Source: Clostridium sp. CAG:451
Lineage (GTDB): Bacteria > Bacillota_I > Bacilli_A > RF39 > UBA660
DNA length: 62,571 bases
Assembly: GCA_000438295.1 (NCBI GenBank)
Contig: FR901052.1
Location: 1 to 62,571, forward strand
Reading direction: 5' to 3'
The position numbers were made by a program, and so were the translations under genes. This document shows, piece by piece, positions 29,652-38,718 of the stretch (the first letter of the stretch is position 1; each line of letters opens with the position of its first letter). The notes beneath the pieces were generated by a model that was given only the letters and a program-made list of their open reading frames with translations, did no database searches and was not told the DNA's origin.

Positions 29652-31401
29652 GTTCTTCTCTCCTTAGTTTATTGTTTTCTTCTTGTAGTTTTCTAAAGTC
29701 AACTTTCCCAACCATTGTTCTAGGTAGTGACTTTCTAAACTCATACTCATATACTTTAGCATATCTTGGTAAGTTTTTACTACAAAGTTCTTTTAATTCT
29801 TTGACTAGTTCTTCAGTTTCTCTATATCCTTTATTTAAGACAATAAAGGCTTTAGGTACTTCTTGTTTATAAGGATGAGGAATTCCTACCACACTAGATA
29901 ACATAACAGCTGGATGCTTTTCTAAGACTTCTTCTATTTGTACTGGATAAACATTATAGCCTGATGTTACTATTAGTCTTTTTAAACGACCTGTATACTT
30001 TATGAAGCCATTTTTATCCATCACTCCCAAATCACCAGAATGAAGCCAAACATTACCATCATCATGAATATGAAGAGCTCCATTAGTCTCTTTCTCATTA
30101 TTATAGTATCCTAGCATGACATTAGGACCACTGATACAAATTTCTCCCTCACTACCATATGGTACTTCGATATCTGACTCATTAAATATACCAATATAAC
30201 ATCCTGGAAAAGGAATACCAATTGAACCATATTCTAAGATGTTCTTAAATCCTAGACAAACAGCTGCTAAACATTCGCTCATTCCATAACCTTGTACTAT
30301 TCTAGTACTTGCTCCATGTTCACTTAAGTATTTATTTATTCTTTTTTCTAGACTAAGACTTAAGGTATCCCCACCAGATATAATATATTTTATATAATTA
30401 AGTTTAATCCTATCTTGTCTTTCACTCTTCATCATCGCTTCAAATAAAGTAGGAACACCAATTACAAATTCTGGTCTATGTTTCATTAGAATCTTATCAA
30501 ACTCTTGGGCTTTAAACTGGGGAATTAAAATACATTCTGCTCCTACACATAATGGAGCATAAACACATACACCTAAACCAAAGCCATGAAAAATAGGCAT
30601 TATTGATAAACATTTATCCCCTACTTCTAACTCATCAAAGACAATCTTTGCTTGTTCCGTTAAAGCAATAAAATTACCATTTGATAAGACAATTGCCTTA
30701 GGACTACCAGTTGATCCTCCACTATGAAGCATAACAGCTTGTGAGTTTTTTCTACCTAGAAAATGATAATCGCTCTTATAATCCTTACCACTATTCATAA
30801 ACTGATTCCAATAAACATATTTACTATTATTCTTAGGTAATTTAGTCTTTAATCCTATTGATAAATTATATCCTACTTTAGTCAAAAATGGCATCGAATC
30901 ACTTGGTCTTACTAATATTATCTTATAAACGTCTGTTGCTTCAATCACATTCTTTAACTTATCATAATCCATATCAATTAAAACCATCATAACTGATCCT
31001 GTATTAATTAAATCATCTCTTATTTCATTTTCACTAGCTAAGGGATGAAGCATATTAGATATAGCTCCTATCTTATTTAAAGCTAGAAAAGAAATAACCC
31101 CTTCTGGAGTATTAGGCATACAAATAGTTACTACATCATTCTTTCTTATTCCATAACTTAAGAAAGAATTAGCACATAAATCAACTTCTCTTAATAACTC
31201 TCTATAAGTAGTCTTCTTTCCAAAATAATCAAAAGCATTGTTATTAGGATACTTCTTCATATTTCTTTTAAAATTATCATACAAGGATATATCTGGTATA
31301 TAAAGATTCATATCCCCTTTCTTATAATATTTACTCCAAGGAGCTTTAGGCTTCTTCTTAAATCCTAAAAATCTAAAAAACTTCATATCTAATATACTCA
31401 A
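29632..31401 (-). CDS. Long-chain acyl-CoA/acyl-ACP synthetase (AMP-binding family)
   Basis: HSGGSTGSPKA (AMP-binding P-loop), GYGMSE, and SGDLG...GRLKRLI motifs. Confidence 0.9.
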   Translation of the reverse strand: MSILDMKFFRFLGFKKKPKAPWSKYYKKGDMNLYIPDISLYDNFKRNMKKYPNNNAFDYFGKKTTYRELLREVDLCANSFLSYGIRKNDVVTICMPNTPEGVISFLALNKIGAISNMLHPLASENEIRDDLINTGSVMMVLIDMDYDKLKNVIEATDVYKIILVRPSDSMPFLTKVGYNLSIGLKTKLPKNNSKYVYWNQFMNSGKDYKSDYHFLGRKNSQAVMLHSGGSTGSPKAIVLSNGNFIALTEQAKIVFDELEVGDKCLSIMPIFHGFGLGVCVYAPLCVGAECILIPQFKAQEFDKILMKHRPEFVIGVPTLFEAMMKSERQDRIKLNYIKYIISGGDTLSLSLEKRINKYLSEHGASTRIVQGYGMSECLAAVCLGFKNILEYGSIGIPFPGCYIGIFNESDIEVPYGSEGEICISGPNVMLGYYNNEKETNGALHIHDDGNVWLHSGDLGVMDKNGFIKYTGRLKRLIVTSGYNVYPVQIEEVLEKHPAVMLSSVVGIPHPYKQEVPKAFIVLNKGYRETEELVKELKELCSKNLPRYAKVYEYEFRKSLPRTMVGKVDFRKLQEENNKLRREERGKEKI

Positions 31402-31982
31402 TTGTTAACCTTCTTTCTTTTAAGTTCACTACTAATAAAACTTCTTAATTTATTATTTTCTATATCTAACTCATCTACTACTTTATATGGCTTATAAAAC
31501 TCAATAGTGACACTTTTTCTAAATAGTTTATATTTATTAGTTATCGTAAAAGGTACTAATAAGGTATCTGTATCTTTAGCCATTTTAACTGCTCCTATTT
31601 TAAAAGGAAGAGTCATATCTTCTGTTCTATTAATAGTGCCTTCTGGAAATATTCCTATTACTTTTTTATTATTTAAAGCTTCCTTAGCATTTCTTAAAGC
31701 ATCTTTATCATGAATCTTTCTATTAACAGGAATTATTCCCATATGTTTAAAGACTAATCCTTTAACTCCTTTTACTAAGCTATCTTTAGCTAGAAAGTGA
31801 ATAGTTCTTTTAGAAGCTGACATTAATAGTAATGGATCTAAATAACTAGTATGATTACCTGCTAAAACAAAACTACCACTAGAAGGAATATTTTCTCTTC
31901 CTATATAAGTTGGTTTATAGAAGAAATTAAATAGTACTCTAATTACTGGTCTTGATATTTTATATAAAATTTCATCTTTCAT
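31398..31982 (-). CDS. Second LPLAT-family acyltransferase
   Basis: NHTSYLD (HX4D) and FPEGTINR motifs. Its stop overlaps the synthetase start by 4 nt. Confidence 0.85.
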   Translation of the reverse strand: MKDEILYKISRPVIRVLFNFFYKPTYIGRENIPSSGSFVLAGNHTSYLDPLLLMSASKRTIHFLAKDSLVKGVKGLVFKHMGIIPVNRKIHDKDALRNAKEALNNKKVIGIFPEGTINRTEDMTLPFKIGAVKMAKDTDTLLVPFTITNKYKLFRKSVTIEFYKPYKVVDELDIENNKLRSFISSELKRKKVNN

Positions 31983-32044
31983 ATATCTACCTCACACTAT
32001 TAATTATACTATACTTTTTTAATTTTATAGAAAAAAGTTAATCA

Positions 32045-34024
32045 TTAATGACTAACTTCTCTTATTACTTGTTCTAATAATTCAGCTGTTTTCTCTACTC
32101 CTAAATAATCAACATTTAAAGCTATATCATAATTAGCAAAATCATACCAATCTCTATTAGTATAATACTTGTAATGTTTTGCTCTTTCACTATTTATCTT
32201 ATTTATTTCTTTTAAAGCTTTATCTTCTTCTAAGTTATAGTATTTAACTGCTCTTTTAACTTTATCTTGACTACTACTATATAAGAATACTTTAATAGTA
32301 TCTTTATTATCTTTTAGGATATAGTCAGCACAACGTCCAACAATAACACAAGACTCTTTTTTTGCTAAATCTTTTATAACTTTTTCTTCGGCTATAAAGA
32401 TTCTATCATCATTATTATCTATATACTTAAATGAAGCAAGCTTCTGATTATTTGCTTCTACATATTCTTTAGATAATCCACTTTTCTTACTAATTAGATT
32501 TATTAAATTCTTATCATAAAAGTTAAGTCCCATTCTCTTAGCAAGTAGTTCTCCTACATAGTGTCCACCACTACCATACTCACGAGATATAGTTATTACT
32601 ATCTTTTTACCTTTATAAGTATTATTAACCTTTATATCTTCTAGATTAGTAGGTTTTTCTTTAATAGATAGTTTTCTATATTCAGAATAGAAAATGACTA
32701 GGGCAATAAAGAATGTTATAGCGTCAGCAATTGGTCCTGCATTTAACACTCCATAAATACCTTTATGTAAATAAATAGCCATAAAACAAGCGATTGGAAT
32801 AAATAAAATTATTTGTCTTATAAAAGATACCATTGTCGCTTTCTTAACATTTCCAAGAGATTGTACAGTAATTGAAGTTGTCATTTCTAAGAAGTTAAGT
32901 CCCATTACTAATAAGAATGAATGACATATTACAACAGCAAACTCTAAGAATAATTTATAATTAGGATCACTATTTGTAATAAAGATACTAACTATCTCTT
33001 TTGGGAAAAGATAGAAAATAATATTGAATATTAATCCAACTACTAAGTTTATAGTTAGTACTTTTCTTAATGTTTCTTTTACTCTTTCATAGTTTCCTGC
33101 TCCATAATTAAACCCAATAATAGGTTGGGCTCCAATAGATATTCCTAAGATAGTAGAAATATATAGACTATTTATCTTAGAGATAACTCCATAAACTGAT
33201 AATGGTATATCTGCCCCATATTTAGTTAATGCTCCATACTTAGTCATCATATTATTCATGAAAACAAACAAAGCAAGGACTGTTGATTGAGTAATAAATG
33301 ATGACAAGCCAAGTCCTAAAGTTCTTGTAATACTCTTATCTACTTTAAATGATTCCTTTTCTAGTTTTACTAATTTTACTTTTCTAAGATAAAGTATTGC
33401 CATTACAAATGATACTATTTGCCCAATAACTGTAGCAATAGCTCCTCCTTTTACTCCCATATTAAAGGTAAAGATAAAGATTGGATCTAGTATAATATTC
33501 AAAATAGCTCCTACTACTAGTAAAACCATTGAGTATTTTGGTGAACCATCTGCTCTAATTAATTGTGATAAAGCAGAATAAATTATCATGAAAGGAGCTC
33601 CAAGAATGATTATTTTTCCATAATCTACCGCATACTGATAAACATTTTCAGTACACCCAAACATATAAACTAATTTTGGTAAGAAGAAATAAGCAATAAC
33701 ACTTAGTATTATAGAAAAGATTATAGAAACAGTAACCGCATTTCCTACTATTTTTCCTCCTTCCTCTTTTTTGCCTTCACCTAGCTTCAATGATAAATTA
33801 GCGGCTGCTCCATTACCAATTAAACCAGCTACTGCATTAAAAATAATAACTAAAGGAAAAATAACATTAGTAGCAGCATTTCCTAATGTACCTACCCCCT
33901 TTCCAATAAAGATTTGATCAACAATATTATAAACCGAATTTATAAGCATACTAATAACACAAGGTATAGCAAATGAAATTAATAGTTTATTAATATTTTC
34001 CTTTCCAAGATCTACTTTTTTCAT
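32045..34024 (-). CDS. MATE efflux transporter fused to a cytidylate-kinase-like domain
   Basis: About 450 aa of multi-TM MATE-like sequence, followed by ITISREYGSGGHYVGELLAKRMGLNFYDKNLI (cytidylate kinase-like family 2 pattern). Confidence 0.8.
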   Translation of the reverse strand: MKKVDLGKENINKLLISFAIPCVISMLINSVYNIVDQIFIGKGVGTLGNAATNVIFPLVIIFNAVAGLIGNGAAANLSLKLGEGKKEEGGKIVGNAVTVSIIFSIILSVIAYFFLPKLVYMFGCTENVYQYAVDYGKIIILGAPFMIIYSALSQLIRADGSPKYSMVLLVVGAILNIILDPIFIFTFNMGVKGGAIATVIGQIVSFVMAILYLRKVKLVKLEKESFKVDKSITRTLGLGLSSFITQSTVLALFVFMNNMMTKYGALTKYGADIPLSVYGVISKINSLYISTILGISIGAQPIIGFNYGAGNYERVKETLRKVLTINLVVGLIFNIIFYLFPKEIVSIFITNSDPNYKLFLEFAVVICHSFLLVMGLNFLEMTTSITVQSLGNVKKATMVSFIRQIILFIPIACFMAIYLHKGIYGVLNAGPIADAITFFIALVIFYSEYRKLSIKEKPTNLEDIKVNNTYKGKKIVITISREYGSGGHYVGELLAKRMGLNFYDKNLINLISKKSGLSKEYVEANNQKLASFKYIDNNDDRIFIAEEKVIKDLAKKESCVIVGRCADYILKDNKDTIKVFLYSSSQDKVKRAVKYYNLEEDKALKEINKINSERAKHYKYYTNRDWYDFANYDIALNVDYLGVEKTAELLEQVIREVSH

Positions 34025-34264
34025 AAAACACCTCTTTCTTGCTTTTTTAACAGCTTTTACAATATATCACATTTTAATTTTTTTCGTAAGCAAAAATTTT
34101 ATAATTATTTTTATTTATAAAAATGAAAAAGACCTAGGGCTTCAAAAGTTTCCCAGGCACATCACGATAATTAATATATACTATTTATTTAAAATGCAAT
34201 ACTTTTAAAAAGACTGATTAAATAAAATTCAAACTTTCCACTTGGTAACATTTACTATTTTAAT

Positions 34265-34339
34265 CAATCCTAATTTAGAATTGATTATCTATTTATTCTC
34301 GATACTTATAAAAGTTCGAACAAATTCGTCAATGGTGCC
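34265..34339. repeat. Left direct repeat of the tRNA-Thr island (attL-like: displaced tRNA 3' end plus flank)
   Basis: 34265-34319 matches 40491-40545 at 53/55 positions. Then come 12 diverged nt, then ATGGTGCC, identical to 40560-40567 (the CCA end of tRNA-Thr). Confidence 0.8.
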
Positions 34340-34697
34340 CTTTTGGTGGAAGTACAACAATTTTAATTGATAAGATGTAATAAATGACTAACTACTCATA
34401 CACTAAACTTCAACCGTTGAAAGAGAATTTAAATATATAATTATTTCTTTTTTTAATAATTCACTATATTTATATATCATTTTACTCACCAATGTCATTA
34501 CAAAGTAAAGCTTGGACTTCGTCAAGCACTTATCCGAATTTTACTTTCAATTGTTTTAATAAACTATAAATAAACTCGAACCGAAACAAGTAGTTCGAAT
34601 ATCAATCACTATGGTGCGTGAGTTATACACGTTTGGAAATTTTAAAAAGATTAATTTCTGCAATTATTATACTATAATATTTATTAAAATAGAATAC

Positions 34698-35783
34698 TTA
34701 TTTTGTATAATTACTTGTATTTTGATAACTTAAAGCATTATTTACCTCACTTTTATAACAATCAGATAATCTAATCATGCCGTCTGGATTAATCCTAATC
34801 TCTCCATTGTTAACAATAGGAATATCTAAAGTCTCTAATATTTTTAAATCACTATCTGACACTAAATCTGTATGTCCCAATATATCCATTAAATAACAAA
34901 GTTGATTTATTTTTTCTGGATTATTTTTAATTTTTTTATGAAAATCACTTGCTAATATAGTTCCAATAACATATCTCTGCCTTTTATAAAATTGTAAAGA
35001 ACCAGATTTTACAATTTCATTCAAATAATATTCACCTTTTGTAGATAATAACTCATAAATTTTTGAATCTTTATCAATAGAATTCAAATAATTCAATAGA
35101 ATATCTTGTGTAATACAATTATTATTTTGTCTATATAGTCTTAATAATATGTTTTCAAAAATTATAGCACCAGCATCATCATAAGTTTCAACTAATCTAT
35201 TATTTTTATGTGTTATTATTTCATCACTATTATAATTTGTAGTTTCAAAAAGATAATCCTGTAATAAAAATTCCATCGTAATAGTTGATGTTTCTCCTAA
35301 GAATTGTTTTATTGTACTATCTTGATTTTTAGGTTGACTAAATTTGTGGGTTATTTCGTGAGTTATAGTAAAAATATCATCTAAATTTTCAGCATAATCT
35401 ATATGCACAAATCCATCTTTTCTTACTTCAGATTTATTATTTCTATGCTGACCATCATATTCTTCTGTTTGATTTTTATCTAATATTTTATAAAATTTGA
35501 CAGAGTAATCTTCTTTGTCATTATATATATTTTTTTCTTGTAATATATTTTGGAACATATAAGAATACTCTGGTTTTATGGAATTAAAAAAATTTACAAC
35601 AGTTTGGATAGAAGTATTTAATGAAACATTTGATGAATATTCCTTTAAGTCTAATTTTGGTGTATTCTCAATTATTATATATGCAAGTTTTACAATTTCG
35701 TCAAAATACTTTAGATGATATTGTAATCCATAATCATTTATTGAATTTTGTATTGCCGAATTAAGTTTATTATAATAATCCAT
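34698..35783 (-). CDS. M3/PepF-like zinc metallopeptidase (short, cytoplasmic)
   Basis: DDIFTITHEITHKF (HExxH) with GE 18 aa downstream (LGETSTITMEFLL), as in M3B peptidases. No signal peptide. Confidence 0.5.
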   Translation of the reverse strand: MDYYNKLNSAIQNSINDYGLQYHLKYFDEIVKLAYIIIENTPKLDLKEYSSNVSLNTSIQTVVNFFNSIKPEYSYMFQNILQEKNIYNDKEDYSVKFYKILDKNQTEEYDGQHRNNKSEVRKDGFVHIDYAENLDDIFTITHEITHKFSQPKNQDSTIKQFLGETSTITMEFLLQDYLFETTNYNSDEIITHKNNRLVETYDDAGAIIFENILLRLYRQNNNCITQDILLNYLNSIDKDSKIYELLSTKGEYYLNEIVKSGSLQFYKRQRYVIGTILASDFHKKIKNNPEKINQLCYLMDILGHTDLVSDSDLKILETLDIPIVNNGEIRINPDGMIRLSDCYKSEVNNALSYQNTSNYTK

Positions 35784-35806
35784 TTTATCACCAACCTCAC
35801 ATTTAA

Positions 35807-36157
35807 TTATTTTACTATGTTAAACTTAATACCTACGATTTTACTATTAATAACTTCTTCTTTTCCAAATATATCATAAAATGCACTCATTAATTCTTCT
35901 TTTGTATAACCTAAAACATTATTGGATAAAATTTCTTTATGTTTCCATAATTCATCTATATTATTGAAAACAAATTTTTCAACTACACTGGCTAAAATAT
36001 ATAAGTTATCATTATCTAACACTCTGAATTTTATTTTATCGCCTTGATTAATATTCTCTGATTTTTCATTTAATAGTCTAAATTCAATATTTTTCTTACC
36101 TGATAACATATCATCATAAACGCTTTTATATATTCTATATTCTATCATATTATTCAA
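35807..36157 (-). CDS. ASCH (PUA-like) domain protein
   Basis: 116 aa. The pattern ...MLSGKKNIEFRLLNEK...GDKIKF... is consistent with ASCH (called from memory of the family). Confidence 0.55.
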   Translation of the reverse strand: MNNMIEYRIYKSVYDDMLSGKKNIEFRLLNEKSENINQGDKIKFRVLDNDNLYILASVVEKFVFNNIDELWKHKEILSNNVLGYTKEELMSAFYDIFGKEEVINSKIVGIKFNIVK

Positions 36158-36539
36158 CTTCCTCTAAGCTTAAAAATTCACAATATTTATCTAGCCATTC
36201 TTTATCATTAGTAACGTGTTCTTTGACTTGATCTGTTTTAAACACCTGTATATCATTTTCACACATATCTTCTATTAATTTTAAATATGATACTCTATCT
36301 TTATCAAAGAAGAAACTTCTCAAAAAATAAACTGTTGTCTTATCATTTTTTTCAAACACTAGTTTTCTAAATTCTTCTGCGCTTATTTGAGTATGTTGTT
36401 CCCAGTTTTCTCCTTTACCACTTATAAAGCAAATATTAGTTACATAGTTATTTATGAGATAATTTCTTCTAATATAATTTAATAACTTCTCGTCCTTATG
36501 GGAACCAGGCCTTGCAATTAAATCTATCATTTTTTTCAT
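36150..36539 (-). CDS. Hypothetical protein
   Basis: 129-aa ORF with SD GAGGTG. Overlaps the ASCH gene start by 8 nt. Extended -10 promoter (TGGTATAAT) about 30 nt upstream. Confidence 0.55.
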   Translation of the reverse strand: MKKMIDLIARPGSHKDEKLLNYIRRNYLINNYVTNICFISGKGENWEQHTQISAEEFRKLVFEKNDKTTVYFLRSFFFDKDRVSYLKLIEDMCENDIQVFKTDQVKEHVTNDKEWLDKYCEFLSLEEVE

Positions 36540-36644
36540 AATTCACCTCATTATCATTTATATAATTATTATACCATAATTTTAATAAAAATCTTGATTA
36601 TTTCAGATTATATATCTTCATTAAAAATTTTTGAAAATATAAAA

Positions 36645-36800
36645 CATAATTTTGCTTGCTTTATGGCTTGCTAAAATTATGCTTAATAGGTTTTAAAAAG
36701 GGGCATTCCCTTTTTCACACCGTTATTGGCAGTGCCAATAACGTAGTGTGTTACTCTATTGGAAATAGAGTCATCTTTGACGAGCATTGCTCGTCTTTTT
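36645..36800 (+). other. Cluster of five consecutive hairpins/palindromes ending in a plus-strand intrinsic terminator (candidate structured ncRNA or DNA site)
   Basis: Five elements. (1) CATAATTTT/AAAATTATG (36645-36681), whose loop contains GCTTGCT twice. (2) AAAAAGGG/CCCTTTTT (36695-36715). (3) CGTTATTGGCA-G-TGCCAATAACG (36721-36743). (4) ACTCTATT-GGA-AATAGAGT (36753-36771). (5) GACGAG-CATTG-CTCGTC plus T5 (36779-36800). Confidence 0.5.
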
Positions 36801-36965
36801 AAATACCCATATCATAGTCATCATAATCTTTATCAGTGCCATAATTTTGTTCATAGATATAATCATTTATTTCATCTTCTCTAGATGTACCGACGACGTA
36901 GAGATCTACAACTTTTTTTCGGCAATAACGATTCATATGAATCAATCTATATAAATTATGACAAA

Positions 36966-37742
36966 TCATAATAATATGAGCAATAATTTTATTAAAAATA
37001 ACTTTAAAAGGTATATTCCCATACCTTCATTATTTCTTATTATTTGGAACCAATTTTTTACTGGCCATTCTTCATTATAATCAACAATGTAATTTTGAGC
37101 ATCATACCAAGTTTTAGCTTTTCTTCTTCTACCTTCCTCAATTCTTACATTTGCTTCATCAACTAATCTATCACAATCTTCACTTTTTTTAATTTCAACA
37201 ACTTTTGCTTTTTCTTTTAAATAACTAGTATCTCGTATGATTAATTTATTTGTTGCCTTTTCAATAACTTCAGATTCGAGCAGTTTTTGATATGATTCTA
37301 ATTGTTTTATAATATATTCTTCAGTTAATTCTGAATCTACTTCAACTTGAGGACATGTCTCTATTTTTAATTCTCCACTTTTTAGTTTTTCAATAAATTG
37401 ATTCATAAATGTAGGAGCACTAACAATACCAATATGGTAATTATTCCTTTTACAAATATTTCCATCTTTTAATTGTAATCCTAAACAATTCAGTGCATTT
37501 TTCTCTTGTGTTGCAACTAAAACTTGTGTCGACAAACAACCAATATATTTTGATTTTGCTCTATCTATATCGAAATTAGGATATAAAACATAATACACTT
37601 CTCCATTTTTACCTTCGCTAGGATAGTAAATACATGGAGCATCATCATGCCACACAGTAGCATATAAATCCATTGCATCTGTATTTTCTAAATTCTTCTC
37701 AATAGCTTTATAATACTCATCTAAATCATCTTTTAATACCAT
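36966..37742 (-). CDS. Hypothetical protein (charged coiled-coil-like middle, hydrophobic C-terminal tail)
   Basis: 258-aa ORF, the last large gene of the orphan operon. No recognised motif. Confidence 0.55.
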   Translation of the reverse strand: MVLKDDLDEYYKAIEKNLENTDAMDLYATVWHDDAPCIYYPSEGKNGEVYYVLYPNFDIDRAKSKYIGCLSTQVLVATQEKNALNCLGLQLKDGNICKRNNYHIGIVSAPTFMNQFIEKLKSGELKIETCPQVEVDSELTEEYIIKQLESYQKLLESEVIEKATNKLIIRDTSYLKEKAKVVEIKKSEDCDRLVDEANVRIEEGRRRKAKTWYDAQNYIVDYNEEWPVKNWFQIIRNNEGMGIYLLKLFLIKLLLILL

Positions 37743-37824
37743 TTTTTACCCGAAAATAAATATGAATATAGTAATCCTAAACAATACGCATCTTCACTAA
37801 ATTTTTTTGCCATAGTTAAACCTA

Positions 37825-38430
37825 CTATTTCTTATTTGGAACTAGTTTTTTAACTGGTCCTTGTTCTTCTTTAGTTGAATTTACCAATTCAAATTCAATT
37901 GGATCATGTTCCAATTTATGTGATGCAGATTCCATTAAACATTCATGACATTTATAAGCAAAATATTGGCATCTACTTTTAGAGAAGACTGATTTACTCC
38001 CTTCAACACATAAAGCAAGGGATTCCCACATTTGTACGGCTTCTAAAGGAGTAAGTTTTCCTTTGGCATGAATTTTATCTATCTTTTCTTGTGTTATTGA
38101 ACTATAAAAGTCATTTATTTTTTTCTTAACAATAATATGTTCACATAATTCTTTTAAGGCAATTATTTGACCTTTACTTCCTCTAGTATAAATTGCTAAA
38201 TCTATAACGTCTTCTTCAATACTATCTAGATACATTAAAAAGTAATCTTTATATTCATCGTAATTTCTAAATACATATACTTCATTTTTTTTACTATCTT
38301 TAACATACATTGTTCTTTTATCTTCTACATCTATAACAGGGGGATGTTCTATTCTAACGGCATGTGTAATATATAAATATAACCATGTTTTAAAATCTAA
38401 CTTTGTGGACTTTTTTACTTCTTTCTTCAA
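37825..38430 (-). CDS. Hypothetical protein with a C-terminal Cys/His cluster
   Basis: 201-aa ORF. The TTG start overlaps the upstream stop (TTGA). Contains C-x6-C-x2-C...H (CQYFAYKCHEC...SH). Confidence 0.5.
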   Translation of the reverse strand: MKKEVKKSTKLDFKTWLYLYITHAVRIEHPPVIDVEDKRTMYVKDSKKNEVYVFRNYDEYKDYFLMYLDSIEEDVIDLAIYTRGSKGQIIALKELCEHIIVKKKINDFYSSITQEKIDKIHAKGKLTPLEAVQMWESLALCVEGSKSVFSKSRCQYFAYKCHECLMESASHKLEHDPIEFELVNSTKEEQGPVKKLVPNKK

Positions 38431-38630
38431 TTGCCATTCATTCTTTTTAATTTTTTTTCAGATTCTAATAAATTTTGTTCCCATCTATTCATATTTTCTT
38501 TGCCGGTTTCACCAGCTATATAATAACCATCTTTAGTTTTAATTCTATCACCTTTAGATACTCTTTTAAATGTTTCTGATTCTCCACCTATCATAATTAA
38601 TACGTCTTTATTCTTCTTTTTATTACTCAT
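38427..38630 (-). CDS. Hypothetical small protein
   Basis: 67 aa from the ATG at 38630, which has the strong SD AAGGGGG. The ORF track extends to 38657. Confidence 0.5.
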   Translation of the reverse strand: MSNKKKNKDVLIMIGGESETFKRVSKGDRIKTKDGYYIAGETGKENMNRWEQNLLESEKKLKRMNGN

Positions 38631-38718
38631 GTTCAACCCCCTTAACTTTCTATCCATTATACAGCATTTTTTAATTTATTACTAATTTTATTAAAATATT
38701 AATGATTTATCAATAACT

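Noticed and set aside
29672-31713. Plus-strand ORFs 29672-29872 and 31507-31713
   Set aside because: Antisense shadow ORFs inside the acyl-CoA ligase and acyltransferase genes.
34320-34420. Possible second or degenerate tRNA gene following the left repeat
   Set aside because: Only the 7-8 nt TGGTGCC(C) match a tRNA 3' end. No T arm or cloverleaf can be folded from the adjacent sequence.
36645-36800. Retron msr/msd, or a transposon-guide RNA (omega/bridge-type), as the identity of the hairpin cluster
   Set aside because: There is no reverse transcriptase, TnpB/IscB or IS110-type gene anywhere nearby. The only recombinase is a serine recombinase, for which no guide RNA is known. The element is kept as an unexplained structured element.
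36799-36936. 45-aa acidic, Tyr-rich minus-strand ORF (MNRYCRKKVVDLYVVGTSREDEINDYIYEQNYGTDKDYDDYDMGI) next to the hairpin cluster; also considered as the toxin of a type I TA pair with an antisense RNA
   Set aside because: There is no Shine-Dalgarno sequence upstream. The peptide is hydrophilic and acidic, unlike type I toxins. It could still be translated, but the support is too weak to call.
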